DNA of 57,118 nt from IMG/VR virus record IMGVR_UViG_3300042934_001339, positions 1 through 57,118 of that record; one strand, written 5' to 3'. This DNA is from a virus (taxonomy: Duplodnaviria > Caudoviricetes). Shown here piece by piece: positions 17,286 to 27,281 of this stretch. A model generated the notes under the pieces. The model worked only from the letters and a program-made list of their open reading frames with translations. It was not told the origin of the DNA and ran no database searches. The translations under genes were made by a program, and so were the position numbers. Every line of letters begins with the position of its first letter. Positions within the stretch are counted from its first letter, which is position 1.

Positions 17286-17939
17286 TCAGAGGATGCCCGC
17301 GACGTCGATGATCGACACCGGGCACGGAGGACAATTGCTCAGAAAGCCATAGGAGGTGGCAAGCGGCCGCCAGCCAAAAAGCGTGAGGCAAAAGCGAGAG
17401 AAGCTGATAAAGAAGCCGTTGGGCCTTGATCGAAACGATTCCTGCCAGATGTTCGTCGTATAGCCACCGCCCGGCGCGCCCTGCCACTGCATGCCGTCAC
17501 GGATGTAGGATTGGTTGTAGGCGTACTTCCCAGATTGCAGGCCTGCGTATTCCCAGCCGGCACTCCACCCGCCGGTGCTTCCCTCGAAGTAGTTCGGCAC
17601 AGTCACGCTGCCAATGATGTTCAGGGGCCTTTGGGCCGCCGTGAATATCTGGACGCCTTGCTCATTCCAAGCGTCGAGCGCGCTGGCGGAAACCGGGCGG
17701 TCAAAAACGTAGTACTCGCAAGCACCGCCCCAGATGCCGACCGTTGCACTGCCGTTCGCAGCGGCGAGAAGCCCGCCGCCAGCACCATCGATGAGCGGCC
17801 TCACGAATACCACGGGGTCTTGCGCTGGAACCACGATGTTGCTGCTCGCGACACCGAAATGCCTCAGGAACATTTTGATGTTGGTGGAGTCGATCAGAAT
17901 CTCTCCAATCCCACTACCCACCTGGAAACCCGCACTCAT
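17286..17939 (-). CDS. Tail tip-associated protein
   Basis: MSAGFQV... start overlapping the upstream stop; LDAWNEQGVQIF motif typical of tail tip accessory proteins. Confidence 0.6.
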   Translation of the reverse strand: MSAGFQVGSGIGEILIDSTNIKMFLRHFGVASSNIVVPAQDPVVFVRPLIDGAGGGLLAAANGSATVGIWGGACEYYVFDRPVSASALDAWNEQGVQIFTAAQRPLNIIGSVTVPNYFEGSTGGWSAGWEYAGLQSGKYAYNQSYIRDGMQWQGAPGGGYTTNIWQESFRSRPNGFFISFSRFCLTLFGWRPLATSYGFLSNCPPCPVSIIDVAGIL

Positions 17940-18235
17940 CGCCTCACCCCATAAAGAATCTTTGTCGGAATGGGCGTACCTGGCCGGCCTTCCGGGTAGG
18001 ACCACACAATTGTTGTTCCGACCACCGACACTGCGCACGTGAGCTGATTGAGCACGCCGATCTGCGCGCTCGGTGCCGTGGCAATCCAGGGTGCGCCTGT
18101 GGCCAGCTCCGGCACGTTCAAGCTACCGCCAACGCCGCCCGTCCAAATTGATCCAAGTTGCGGGTTGATGCGAGCGGTATAGGAAATCAGGACGCTGCCC
18201 TGAGCGTCAAAGGCTTCGATTCCCGCTGGCATCAC
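17936..18235 (-). CDS. Small tail tip-associated protein
   Basis: MPAGIEAFDAQG...KILYGV pattern, directly after the tip fibre gene. Confidence 0.65.
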   Translation of the reverse strand: MMPAGIEAFDAQGSVLISYTARINPQLGSIWTGGVGGSLNVPELATGAPWIATAPSAQIGVLNQLTCAVSVVGTTIVWSYPEGRPGTPIPTKILYGVRR

Positions 18236-19401
18236 CAGATCCCAAGGCGAACCGCGAGCACGCCGTTCGGGTGATAAACGCGCACTCCGTTGGCATCGAA
18301 CTCCGTGCGCTGGCCGCTGACCGCCGTGCGCAGCAAACCAATATTTGCCGTGATCGCGGACAGCGCGGCCACGTTGAGCTTGTCCGCAGTGATCGAACTG
18401 GCCCCGATTCGGGCCGCGTTCAGCACGCCGGCCGTGATCTTTTCGGCACTCAGATCGGCGATCTTCGCGTTCGTGATCGCCGCATCCTGGATGTTGGCCG
18501 TTTTGACATACGCGTCGGTGATGACGGCCAGGCGCGCCGACAGCGACGCCACCGTCAGCCGGTCGGCATTCAAGCTGTTGACCGCGATACGATCGCCGCT
18601 CATTTCACCGAATGTCACCTTGGCCGCGGACAGGGAGGCCACCTTGGCGTCCGTGATGGCGGCGTTGCCGAGCTGAAGGGTGCTGATCGAGCCGTTGGCG
18701 ACGTACAAACTCTTGACGTAAATTCCCGGGGGCACCGGCACGCCATTGATTACCGTAGGCTCCTTGATTTCGTAGAGCAGCGCGTTAGGATCGCCCTCGG
18801 CCGCGAGCACGTCGATCAGGTATGCGGGGTCCAGCGAAACCGCGCCGGCAGTCCCGCCCACGGCATTGAACGGCCCAACCTTGCCGCCCACCGAGACAAA
18901 CCGGACCCAATAGAAATAGGTGACCGTGGCGTCCCCGCCTACCGGATCGGCATAAACCCACCCCGTAGTCTGGCCCACGCTCAACGCCTGCGCCTGGTTG
19001 TTGGTCGTGCCCCGGAAGATCTCTGCGTAACCGAAGTAGGCGAAGTTTGGCTTGTCCCACTCCAGCACCACTGAGCCCAGCGCCGGGGTGACCGTAAAGC
19101 CCGTAGGCGCTGGCGGGATGCCATCGACTACCGGAGGAGTACTCGGCTGAAAAGCGCCGCCAGGATTCTGGATCAGGATGGGTTTTCCATCGGCGCCGCG
19201 CATCGAAACGATGCCGTTCTCCACCAGATCGCCCCAGGTAACGGCCCGGTCGACGGCCTGCCCGCCCTTGCCAAAGCGCGTCGCCAGCGTCATGCGCATC
19301 TGCTCTAGCGCGCGCGTGGCCGCGGGGTTTCCTGGCAGTTGAGCAGCCTCGATCGCCGGCAGGTCGGCATAGCGCAGGCCGGAACGTTGAGAAGTTGCCA
19401 T
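18232..19401 (-). CDS. Tail tip fibre/spike protein (FN3-like domain plus beta-helix repeats)
   Basis: PPAPTGF...YFYWVRFVS...GPFN; I.DAKIADLSA.KI repeats; C-terminal VRLGIW. Confidence 0.75.
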   Translation of the reverse strand: MATSQRSGLRYADLPAIEAAQLPGNPAATRALEQMRMTLATRFGKGGQAVDRAVTWGDLVENGIVSMRGADGKPILIQNPGGAFQPSTPPVVDGIPPAPTGFTVTPALGSVVLEWDKPNFAYFGYAEIFRGTTNNQAQALSVGQTTGWVYADPVGGDATVTYFYWVRFVSVGGKVGPFNAVGGTAGAVSLDPAYLIDVLAAEGDPNALLYEIKEPTVINGVPVPPGIYVKSLYVANGSISTLQLGNAAITDAKVASLSAAKVTFGEMSGDRIAVNSLNADRLTVASLSARLAVITDAYVKTANIQDAAITNAKIADLSAEKITAGVLNAARIGASSITADKLNVAALSAITANIGLLRTAVSGQRTEFDANGVRVYHPNGVLAVRLGIW

Positions 19402-19403
19402 GC

Positions 19404-21059
19404 TCAGACCGCCGTGACGTTGCCCAGAGTCGAGGCCACCGTCACCTCCATAATTGCCGCCGTCGCTTCGACCGTGAATTCGTAGCTGCGCGCGCGGTAG
19501 TTGCCCCGAAGCCGGAATGGCCGGCCGCTTTGCACGACATGCTCGACAAGCACCTCGCGCGCGCCGCCGATCGCCTCTATCACGGCGCGAAGCCGGAATG
19601 TCACGGGATATGCCGCCGCCACGACCTGCGCAGCGCCGATGTTCTGCGCGCGCTCGAGCAGGTACTTCTTGCTCACGCAGCGCATAGCAAGGGGGAGCGC
19701 GCCACCGTTCCACTTGTGGACGTCACCATCCGGCAGGGCCAGGAACAGCTCGTCCCGGCGACCGTCGGAAAAGGACGCTGTCGCATAGACGTCCGTCCGG
19801 GTCATGGACATGGCCCCGCGCGTCAAATCGAAGATCAGCCCGCCCCGGCTGGTGCCGTTGTCGAACCAGCAGAACAGCCGGCTATCGTGGACGTTGGCGT
19901 GCATGGATTCCGGTCGGTACGCTTGCCACTGGTCGCGCGTCAGCAGCTCCTCGGTAACCAGCGCGATGCCGCCCGTCTGGTCGACCATGACCAGGCCGTC
20001 AGGCGATGCATAGACGACGCCGCCCCTGAACGCCCGGATCGTCCGCTTGGCGACGCATGGCTGGTTGCCGTCCAGCCGCACGGGCGTCAGCGTGATCGGA
20101 TCCGCCTGAGTCGCCAGGTAGGTGTCGCCTTTGGTGCACACCACCGTCGCCTGGCCCATGATGGCGCCGCCCACAATCTCATCCGCCACGGGCGAGTAGT
20201 AAGGCCAGCCGAAGGGCTTGAACACTTCCGAGCGGTACACCCGTTTGCCCGCAAAGCCGATCATGAAGCCCGCTGGGTGGTCCATCAGGCCGAACAGGTC
20301 CGCTGGTGGCGGGACCAGCGCACGTTCTGGCAGGGCCTCGCCCAGCATCGTGAAATCCACCGCATCGGTGAACGCGGGCATGCCGACCGGAATCTCCCTC
20401 CAAAATCTCAGGATGGCCGTGCCGGTCGCGTCAGTGGTGGACAGGTAAAGGCGCTTGAGCGTGATGTTGTATTCACCCGCCGGTGGCCCCTCCATATTGA
20501 TGACGTTCAGCGAATCGCCGGTAGCGGCATCAAACGGCTCGCTGACCTCGTTCGGCGGACCTTCCTCGCCCCAGGCGGACACAAACGTGTAGGCAAGCAA
20601 ACACGACTGCCGTTCTACCCCCTGCGGTAAGTTCGGCTTCGGGGTAACGGTCACTGTGGCGCGCGACGTCGGCGCCGGGATGCCAAGACGGTACCAGGCG
20701 CTCGGCATCAAATTGTCTGTGGTGGCCATGGTGGAATCGGTCACCCGCGGCGGCCGGCCAGCCTCAGTGAAATACGTCCGCTCCTGCGCGTCGTCCGGGA
20801 TCGCCCCGCGCGCTACGTCCGTGTCGTTGAGCCAATGGAACCAATGCCGAGCATCATCATCGATGGATCGTCCGAAGCGATAGATGGCCAGTTTCGTGCC
20901 GACCTTGGCTAGGTCGGCCACCTTGACCGGTTCTTTGAATGGGACAAGCGAACCACGCTGCAGGTCGGCGTTCAGCGCATCCTGGCTGGCGCCGGCCGGC
21001 AACAAGTGCGGCTCGACGCGCGGCAGCATACCGGTGAACGCCTTGATCGCCTCTCTCAT
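19404..21059 (-). CDS. Podovirus tail nozzle/stabilisation protein
   Basis: 551-aa beta-rich protein, YTFVSAWGEEGPP, YASPDGLV, position among tail genes. Confidence 0.65.
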   Translation of the reverse strand: MREAIKAFTGMLPRVEPHLLPAGASQDALNADLQRGSLVPFKEPVKVADLAKVGTKLAIYRFGRSIDDDARHWFHWLNDTDVARGAIPDDAQERTYFTEAGRPPRVTDSTMATTDNLMPSAWYRLGIPAPTSRATVTVTPKPNLPQGVERQSCLLAYTFVSAWGEEGPPNEVSEPFDAATGDSLNVINMEGPPAGEYNITLKRLYLSTTDATGTAILRFWREIPVGMPAFTDAVDFTMLGEALPERALVPPPADLFGLMDHPAGFMIGFAGKRVYRSEVFKPFGWPYYSPVADEIVGGAIMGQATVVCTKGDTYLATQADPITLTPVRLDGNQPCVAKRTIRAFRGGVVYASPDGLVMVDQTGGIALVTEELLTRDQWQAYRPESMHANVHDSRLFCWFDNGTSRGGLIFDLTRGAMSMTRTDVYATASFSDGRRDELFLALPDGDVHKWNGGALPLAMRCVSKKYLLERAQNIGAAQVVAAAYPVTFRLRAVIEAIGGAREVLVEHVVQSGRPFRLRGNYRARSYEFTVEATAAIMEVTVASTLGNVTAV

Positions 21060-21391
21060 CGCAGTTGCGCCCGCGCAGGCTTACCGATGGCGGCAACATT
21101 GCCGCGGGCGCGGAACACCAGGATTGCCAGCAGCACCGCAATTCCGAGTTGCCAGAGCGAGACGCCGCCGGCCCACGGGCCATATTGGCCCTGGCGAATG
21201 AGCACGTCTAGCCCCTGCCCGCCCGTGAAGACCGCCAGCAAGTAGGCGATCGCAGACATGCCCGGGCGATACCGCGCGCCTTTTCGCCGGTAGCAGATCA
21301 GCCTGCCAGCCGTCCCAAGATTCACCACAACAAAAAGAAAGGCCACCAGATGGTGGCCCCCCATGCTGAACGCGATCGCTGAGCTGTGCAT
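21056..21391 (-). CDS. Phage holin family protein (DUF754-like)
   Basis: 3 hydrophobic segments, YRRKGARYRPG, RARGNVA motifs. Confidence 0.75.
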   Translation of the reverse strand: MHSSAIAFSMGGHHLVAFLFVVVNLGTAGRLICYRRKGARYRPGMSAIAYLLAVFTGGQGLDVLIRQGQYGPWAGGVSLWQLGIAVLLAILVFRARGNVAAIGKPARAQLR

Positions 21392-21392
21392 A

Positions 21393-21743
21393 TCAGCCTC
21401 CCCGTTTCCAAAGCACCGAGATGTCGAACGTCTTGATGCGTTCGATGGCCGTGACGGCAATGGTCACCGCGACCGCCGCAGCAACAAAGCCGGTAATCAC
21501 GGTTTCGTTCACCCCCGAGACGCGGCTGAGTTCGCCGGCGCCGAAGTAGCCAAGGAGCCACGAAACCATTCCGTACACTAGGCGGCGCACCACGCCCAGC
21601 TCGCGGCTGTGCATCATGAATACCGCAGCACCAGCAAAGGCACCGATGAGCGCCCCACTGTCAATGCCGGGCAGCAGCGCCGCGAATAGGACGCCTGACG
21701 CCGTCGCTACCGCTGCGCCGACAGTGCTCGTTGGTTCCGCCAT
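21393..21743 (-). CDS. Putative holin
   Basis: MAEP..., PGID.GALIGAFAGA, 3-4 TM segments. Confidence 0.75.
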   Translation of the reverse strand: MAEPTSTVGAAVATASGVLFAALLPGIDSGALIGAFAGAAVFMMHSRELGVVRRLVYGMVSWLLGYFGAGELSRVSGVNETVITGFVAAAVAVTIAVTAIERIKTFDISVLWKRGG

Positions 21744-21793
21744 TATTTCTCCTGTGTGTTTGGGCCTCCCCGGCCCGATAGCGTGCGGTGCGT

Positions 21794-22237
21794 CTACGCC
21801 CTTAACGTGCCGGCGAAGCGAAACAAGGTGTCCAATGCGTCCTCCGTCAGGCTCAGCGTCTGCGCGATAGCCTCAAGCGTCGGGCTGTCACGGTGGAACT
21901 CCTGCATCTCGTCCCAGGCCGTGCGGTAGTAGGCCGGAGTTTCCGGCATCCGCACCAACGCCTCGACCGCGTCAAACAGCGACACGCCATCCTGCTCGTT
22001 CCCGGAATGGACCGTCAGGCGCATAGCCTCGCGCCCTTGCCAGCGAGAGACGATCGTGGGGACATAGGCGAACGGGTCGCGCGGCGGGATCGCCTCTACC
22101 GGCTCCAGCGTGAGCGGCGCCTTCATTTGCTCGCCCCATTGGTTATGGAAGACACGCCCCTCGGGCGTGACCGTAACCACCACATCGTCTTCGTAGACGT
22201 AGTATTCGCCCGTCGCGGTGTCTTTAAAATTCTGCAT
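21794..22237 (-). CDS. Tail fibre assembly/chaperone-like protein
   Basis: Follows the fibre gene; VSRWQGR.A...W....EF.R.SP...LD.LF motif. Confidence 0.6.
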   Translation of the reverse strand: MQNFKDTATGEYYVYEDDVVVTVTPEGRVFHNQWGEQMKAPLTLEPVEAIPPRDPFAYVPTIVSRWQGREAMRLTVHSGNEQDGVSLFDAVEALVRMPETPAYYRTAWDEMQEFHRDSPTLEAIAQTLSLTEDALDTLFRFAGTLRA

Positions 22238-23725
22238 TTATCGGTACTCCCACCACGACGAAATACTGGCCGCCACGGGCACTACCCGCCCCACTGATCC
22301 AGCCGGCACAACCACCATCCCGCCGACAGTGGCGGAGGAAGAAGGGTTGAAGGAGTCTTGAGAGACCCGGTTGTCGACATAGCAAATGCAGCGGCCGTTT
22401 GGCCCGGTGAGGGAAGCTGTGACAGAAATGAGGATTGGGCGGCCCGTGGAGTTCGTGTAGTTGATATCGGGCGCGCGACTTGCGCCCACGTTCTGCCAGG
22501 ACTGACCGGCACCGAACGTCTGCGCCAGCTGCGAGGTGATCGGCGCAAGAAGCGCAGACACATCTGACAGCAGCGCCATTTCTTGCCAAGCTGACCATCC
22601 TGCCGTGCTGAATCGAACGCGCTTGAACGTGCGCCCATTCCGCGTGGTGTACGTCTGCGTGGCCTGCCCATTCCCTAAATTCGTCACCTCCACAATCATC
22701 GTTCCGGCCAGGAGTACCGGCCAGTTCAGGGCCGTTGTGGCGTTGGCATCTGACTGAATGACGTACAGGCCCGGCAGAATCACATCGTTTGCATCCGTGC
22801 CGCCAAAAATGATTTCTGCATAGCCTATCTGCTGGAGGATGCGGGAATTTTCGTCTAGGGACGCCACCCCCCCACCTACGCCTTTCTGAGACATGGGAAT
22901 GGCGGCCACGGCATTGGGCAGCTGCGCGGGCGTCACCTTTCCGTCTGCGCCCAGCGTGGCCAGCCCATTGGCCGCGCCAACGAGAGAGGAGCGGACCACC
23001 TCCTCCCAGGCAGACCAAACGCCGCCCACCAGAGAGCGGAAAAACTGGCGGTTTGCGTTGCTGCCGATGTAAATCTGATTGACGTTCGTACCTGCCGCAG
23101 CGCCGGCGGCTGCCTCGCAATACACCATCAACCAACCAGAGTTCGCGACCGGAAAGTTCGTCCCGCCTGAGGCCACAGACGAGGCGGCGACCGCCCACAT
23201 GCCTCGGTTGGCGTAGTTGTTCAAGTCCGCGCCGGCCTCTACCCGGCCCAGGTAGGGAAGAGAGTTCCCGGCGGTGTGGACCTCTTGCCACGCCGACCAC
23301 GACGCATTGACGGCGAAGCGCCAATACTGGCGCGTCCCGCTGGTTGGCGAAACGCTGCCGGTGGAGGCCACTGTGTAGCGCTGAACCGTCTGGCCCGGCG
23401 AGCCCGTGCCGCAAACCTCCAAAAGTCCCCCCGCAGCCTGCGGGTAATTGGTGCCCGCCTGCGCGCCAGCTGTGGACGCTTGGCGATACATTCCGGGCAA
23501 TTGATAAGTGTTCAGATCGTGCGCCGTGGCGGGCAGCGCCTGAACCGCAGGAATCTGACCTGGCGAGAGGCGGCCGTCCGCGCCGAGCGTCGCAAGGCCA
23601 CTGGCTGCCCCCTTCTCGTCCAGCACACCCTGAATGGCATCGCGAAGAGCGACGAAGTTGTCATCAACTTCTGCGTCGAAGAGGAGACGCGAAAGGTCCC
23701 TGCGAAGCGTGAGGTCAATGGCCAT
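22238..23725 (-). CDS. Tail fibre with three pyocin-knob-like repeats
   Basis: DLNTYQLPGMY / DLNNYANRGMW / DANDVILPGLY...WSAWQE repeats; C-terminal YTNSTGRPI domain. Confidence 0.85.
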   Translation of the reverse strand: MAIDLTLRRDLSRLLFDAEVDDNFVALRDAIQGVLDEKGAASGLATLGADGRLSPGQIPAVQALPATAHDLNTYQLPGMYRQASTAGAQAGTNYPQAAGGLLEVCGTGSPGQTVQRYTVASTGSVSPTSGTRQYWRFAVNASWSAWQEVHTAGNSLPYLGRVEAGADLNNYANRGMWAVAASSVASGGTNFPVANSGWLMVYCEAAAGAAAGTNVNQIYIGSNANRQFFRSLVGGVWSAWEEVVRSSLVGAANGLATLGADGKVTPAQLPNAVAAIPMSQKGVGGGVASLDENSRILQQIGYAEIIFGGTDANDVILPGLYVIQSDANATTALNWPVLLAGTMIVEVTNLGNGQATQTYTTRNGRTFKRVRFSTAGWSAWQEMALLSDVSALLAPITSQLAQTFGAGQSWQNVGASRAPDINYTNSTGRPILISVTASLTGPNGRCICYVDNRVSQDSFNPSSSATVGGMVVVPAGSVGRVVPVAASISSWWEYR

Positions 23726-23726
23726 G

Positions 23727-24191
23727 TCAGCCTCGCTGGTGCCGCAGGGTCCAGTTGACCGTGAATACGTCTTCCGGATCCTTCGTCTTGAGTCCGAACA
23801 CCGTGCGATTCGTCATAAGCCCGGCAGCGGCAGCATTGAAAAGTCCTGCCTCGCGCCAATCGCCTGTCGCAACACCGGAGGGAAAGACCGACGAGTACAC
23901 TCGCTCCGCGCCATTTCCGGCGACCGTAACCGGACGCCTGGCGCCGGCGAACTCCGCGCCGAGCGCGGTATCGGTGCCGGCCGCAGGCGTGGGCGAGGTG
24001 CCGGCGGACATATGCGAAATCGGGTTCACGGCCTCTCCCGCGCAGCGCGCCGCGATATAGCCCAAGCCGCCGTCCACCCAGATGTTGTCCACCACAAAGC
24101 GGTCGACCTTCCCAGTCTTGCCGCGGTACGCGATGATCTCCAGACGGCCGGAGGCTCCAGCCGCACTTTTCAAAGGCGCCTGATCTTTCAT
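23727..24191 (-). CDS. Virion structural protein (fibre-attachment-like)
   Basis: 154 aa, DTAL..E, WREAGLFNA, FTVNWTL motifs. Confidence 0.65.
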   Translation of the reverse strand: MKDQAPLKSAAGASGRLEIIAYRGKTGKVDRFVVDNIWVDGGLGYIAARCAGEAVNPISHMSAGTSPTPAAGTDTALGAEFAGARRPVTVAGNGAERVYSSVFPSGVATGDWREAGLFNAAAAGLMTNRTVFGLKTKDPEDVFTVNWTLRHQRG

Positions 24192-24203
24192 AGTGCTTGA
24201 ATC

Positions 24204-24629
24204 CTAAAACGAGGTGAGTTCTTCGCCGACGTACGTGTTTTCGACGTAGTTGGTTGCGTAGCTCTGCTTGAAAATCGAGCCGCCATCGGCGTTCGCACTG
24301 GCGTCACGAAGTGGCTGCGAAGCGCGCCAGGTAAGCGCATCACCAGCCAGAGAGAGATCACGCAGCGCGAGCTGGGTCAGCGTAGCGATGAGGTCGGAAG
24401 CCGTGGCCATGTCCGAAACCTGACTGGTCCGAATGAGGGCAAACGCGTCCAGCGCAGAAGCGACGTCTGAATAGAAGGGATTCAAGCCTCGAGAATCCAG
24501 AATCGCCTGGACCTGGACCATGACCCATTGCGGAAGCGCCGCGATGCTCGCCGCCTCAGCGCGCGCGGTCGGCTGCACGATCTCCTGCTCGGTGCGCACA
24601 CCGCCGGACTTGGTGCTAGAACTGCTCAC
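24204..24629 (-). CDS. Hypothetical virion protein
   Basis: 141-aa ORF in the structural operon. Confidence 0.55.
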   Translation of the reverse strand: MSSSSTKSGGVRTEQEIVQPTARAEAASIAALPQWVMVQVQAILDSRGLNPFYSDVASALDAFALIRTSQVSDMATASDLIATLTQLALRDLSLAGDALTWRASQPLRDASANADGGSIFKQSYATNYVENTYVGEELTSF

Positions 24630-25005
24630 GGACCTGGAACTTCAGAATGCCGAAGGCCGTCTGGATGCGCCCGTCTTGAAAGGTCGTTTCCACCTCGGCT
24701 TCGAACTCGCCAGCCGTATCCAGCGCTGTCTCGTCCCACTGCATGACCACGCGCCCGCCCCGGCCAGGCAGATCGTAGGGCGGCGTGAAGTCGATTTCCT
24801 TCGTCTCCGGGTCTTGATAGCCCGCAATGGGACGGGCCGACATTGTGGCCTTGATCGCGTCGCCGCCCACCTCCCGGAAGAAGACGCGGACGGTAGTGCC
24901 GGCGTCGGCGACGTTGATAGGAAGACCGGTGCGCTCGTCCGTGAGCGACAAAATCAAGTCGGGCGCGGTGTCGCCCTGCACCAGGCGGATTTTGGTCGTG
25001 GCCAT
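24616..25005 (-). CDS. Virion structural protein (BppU N-terminal-like)
   Basis: LVQGDTAP...G.FEAEVE.TF.DG.IQT motif. Confidence 0.65.
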   Translation of the reverse strand: MATTKIRLVQGDTAPDLILSLTDERTGLPINVADAGTTVRVFFREVGGDAIKATMSARPIAGYQDPETKEIDFTPPYDLPGRGGRVVMQWDETALDTAGEFEAEVETTFQDGRIQTAFGILKFQVREQF

Positions 25006-25008
25006 GCG

Positions 25009-25650
25009 CTATTTCTGCTCGTTGGGGCTGGTCATCGCCTTGGCGGTGACGTCGCCGGTTAGGGTGGAGTGGCACGCGGCCAAGTGCTGCGCCGCGCGCT
25101 GGTGGAACGCGGGGACGGTGTCGGCCTCCTTCAGGAAGGCCCGATACAGGACGTAATCCAGGAGGGCCGGCGCGTATTCGCCCTCCGGCGCAAGATCCTG
25201 ATCGCCCATGTCTTGGCTAACCGCGTCGGGCAGCTTGGCGTACGACAGTTCGATGACCACGCCGGCGCGTGCGGGCGGATAGACCTCAAACTGGCCGGGG
25301 CTGCGTTCGTCGTATAGGAAGTGCCGGATCTCCTGGGCCGGTGCCAGGCTGCGCCAGCTGGGCCGCACGCGGCCAAGCGCGCCGGCGTCTGCCACAGTCA
25401 CCGCGCGCTGCCGCTTGGCGGAAATGTTGCGCGGCACATCGAACAGCAGCCGAGCGCCGCCCGGCAACTTCTGCCGTGAACCCTCGGTGCAGGTGAAGTC
25501 CTCCGACGCCTCAAAGATATCGGGGCGCAGCCTGTACGCCTCCAAGCGCGCATCGCTCAGCCACTTCGGCAGCTCGTCGACCTCCCAATACACGGCGTCC
25601 GCGTCCTGCAGGATCGTCCGCGCGCGGTCCAGCAAATCAGCCACTTTCAT
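25009..25650 (-). CDS. Head-tail adaptor protein
   Basis: MKVADLLDRARTILQD...W...EL..WL, FEVYPP, LLDYVLYRAF. Confidence 0.72.
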   Translation of the reverse strand: MKVADLLDRARTILQDADAVYWEVDELPKWLSDARLEAYRLRPDIFEASEDFTCTEGSRQKLPGGARLLFDVPRNISAKRQRAVTVADAGALGRVRPSWRSLAPAQEIRHFLYDERSPGQFEVYPPARAGVVIELSYAKLPDAVSQDMGDQDLAPEGEYAPALLDYVLYRAFLKEADTVPAFHQRAAQHLAACHSTLTGDVTAKAMTSPNEQK

Positions 25651-26297
25651 CGGAATTCGTCTCCACCCGTGCGCATGCGCCGCTTGGCAAACCCTCGGGC
25701 TCCCTCGTCCGCCAGCGCGCTGCATGCTTGGTCAAAGGCGGTCATGTAAGCCGCCGCCCGGCCGGGATCTGCATAGCCGGCCTTGTGCTGGTGCAGGCGC
25801 GCCAGCGCGCCGTTGGCCAGCTGCTCGGCGTAGCGATTCAGCAGCACGTCGTGCAGCTCGCGCGCGGCCCTCGTCGGCGCGTAGGCCACCTCCAGGCGCA
25901 GCGCTCGAGGCGCCTTGACCGTGACCGCTGGTACGAGCTGCACGAATCCCGGCAGCCGGCAGTAGAAGCGCCGCACCTCGGCGGTCGTGCCCACCTGGCG
26001 CCATGCCCAACCGTCGGGGAACAGCTCCTCCAGCTCGGGCCGGGTGGCCGGATCCAGCGGCCCTTCCGGAAGCCAGGCCGCGGTCACGTCGACGATCTGG
26101 CTGTCCGCCTCGGGCGGGTCCAGCTCGTATTCGGTCGTGCCCGGCACCAGCGTCAGAGGGTCCAGGAACGTGCGCAGCAGGCGCGTGCGGGTGCAGAATT
26201 CGACGGCCGCATCAAGAATGGCGTCCTCGATCGCCGGCGCCGGCGCGCCCTCCACCAGCGGCAGCACGAACCGTTCGAAATCTGCGAGGGCCGCCAT
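25647..26297 (-). CDS. Second adaptor-like virion protein
   Basis: 216 aa, AAVEFCTRT, GALARL motifs; coupled. Confidence 0.65.
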   Translation of the reverse strand: MAALADFERFVLPLVEGAPAPAIEDAILDAAVEFCTRTRLLRTFLDPLTLVPGTTEYELDPPEADSQIVDVTAAWLPEGPLDPATRPELEELFPDGWAWRQVGTTAEVRRFYCRLPGFVQLVPAVTVKAPRALRLEVAYAPTRAARELHDVLLNRYAEQLANGALARLHQHKAGYADPGRAAAYMTAFDQACSALADEGARGFAKRRMRTGGDEFR

Positions 26298-26722
26298 CAG
26301 GTGGGCTCACCAGCCGCGCGCGAGTTCGCCAGGCTGACGATCTGCTGGATCATTTCATCCTTCTTCAGGGCGCCATCCAACTGATGGTTGAACTGCCCCA
26401 GGGCGAACGTCTGGAGGTCTTCCTTCTTCATGCCCTGCAGGTTCGGCATGTTGAAAGGCGGCACCTGGCTTTGCTCGGCCGACCGCGGGGTGCCGGCGTG
26501 TTGCTGGGTCGTGAGCACCAGGCCGACGCTGGCCGGGTTGTCTTCCGCCTCGTCCCAGGCTTCGCGCCAGACGTCCTTGTAGGGCGTCAGCTTGATGGCG
26601 ATCAGCGGCGGCACAAAGTGAATCTGCCCGCGCTCCCACACCAGACCGGTGCCCGCCACCGTGTCCTTTTTCTGAGCCTTCGACCCGATGTACTTGATCG
26701 GGATCGGATTGTCCTGTTCCAT
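26297..26722 (-). CDS. Hypothetical protein with short C-terminal helical (Rho-N-like) domain
   Basis: MKKEDLQTFA...LKKDEMIQQI; follows capsid genes. Confidence 0.6.
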   Translation of the reverse strand: MEQDNPIPIKYIGSKAQKKDTVAGTGLVWERGQIHFVPPLIAIKLTPYKDVWREAWDEAEDNPASVGLVLTTQQHAGTPRSAEQSQVPPFNMPNLQGMKKEDLQTFALGQFNHQLDGALKKDEMIQQIVSLANSRAAGEPT

Positions 26723-26808
26723 GGGGAACTCCATAAAGGTGGGGCCAGACGGTCGCCCGCCCGGCCCCAAATGCCGCTCGATGCGGCGAGACAGCCCCGA
26801 AGATGGGC

Positions 26809-27228
26809 TTACGCGACGCCCACCATCTGCCCGCTGACCACGGCCGTCAGCTGAGGCGTGCCGGTGAATGCCGCGCCACTGATCGTCGCCACCAGCTTGA
26901 CCGGGCGCTTGAACAGGATGGGGTGGGCCGTGGAATCCACATTGCCCGCCGCGGCGATATCGGCGCCTGCGAGCCAGGCATCCAGATCGGCGAGCGGGCC
27001 GTCCGAGGCGTCGTAGGGCTCGAAGCCCAGATCAACCTTGACGCCGGCGCCGGCGGCGTCCGTGACCAGGCGCAGCGCGGTTACAACGACGCCAGCGGGG
27101 ATGATGCCCAGGTAAACCTTGTCGCCCACAGCTGCGGCGTTGCGATAGCCGTAGGTTTCCACCCAGGCATTGCCGAAGGCCTGCGTATGCAAAGGCTTCG
27201 CGTTGTAGTCGGGAGAGTAGCGATCCAT
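26809..27228 (-). CDS. Capsid decoration/cement protein
   Basis: GGAG RBS, 139-aa beta-rich ORF immediately after the major capsid gene. Confidence 0.6.
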   Translation of the reverse strand: MDRYSPDYNAKPLHTQAFGNAWVETYGYRNAAAVGDKVYLGIIPAGVVVTALRLVTDAAGAGVKVDLGFEPYDASDGPLADLDAWLAGADIAAAGNVDSTAHPILFKRPVKLVATISGAAFTGTPQLTAVVSGQMVGVA

Positions 27229-27281
27229 GAATTTCTCCAGTTCCACCGGAGCAGGCGGCCTTCCCGGCCGCCCGCCACCGA

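Noticed and set aside
21794-23725. Diversity-generating retroelement or invertible tail-fibre cassette
   Set aside because: No reverse transcriptase, TR/VR pair or inverted alternative fibre ends seen.
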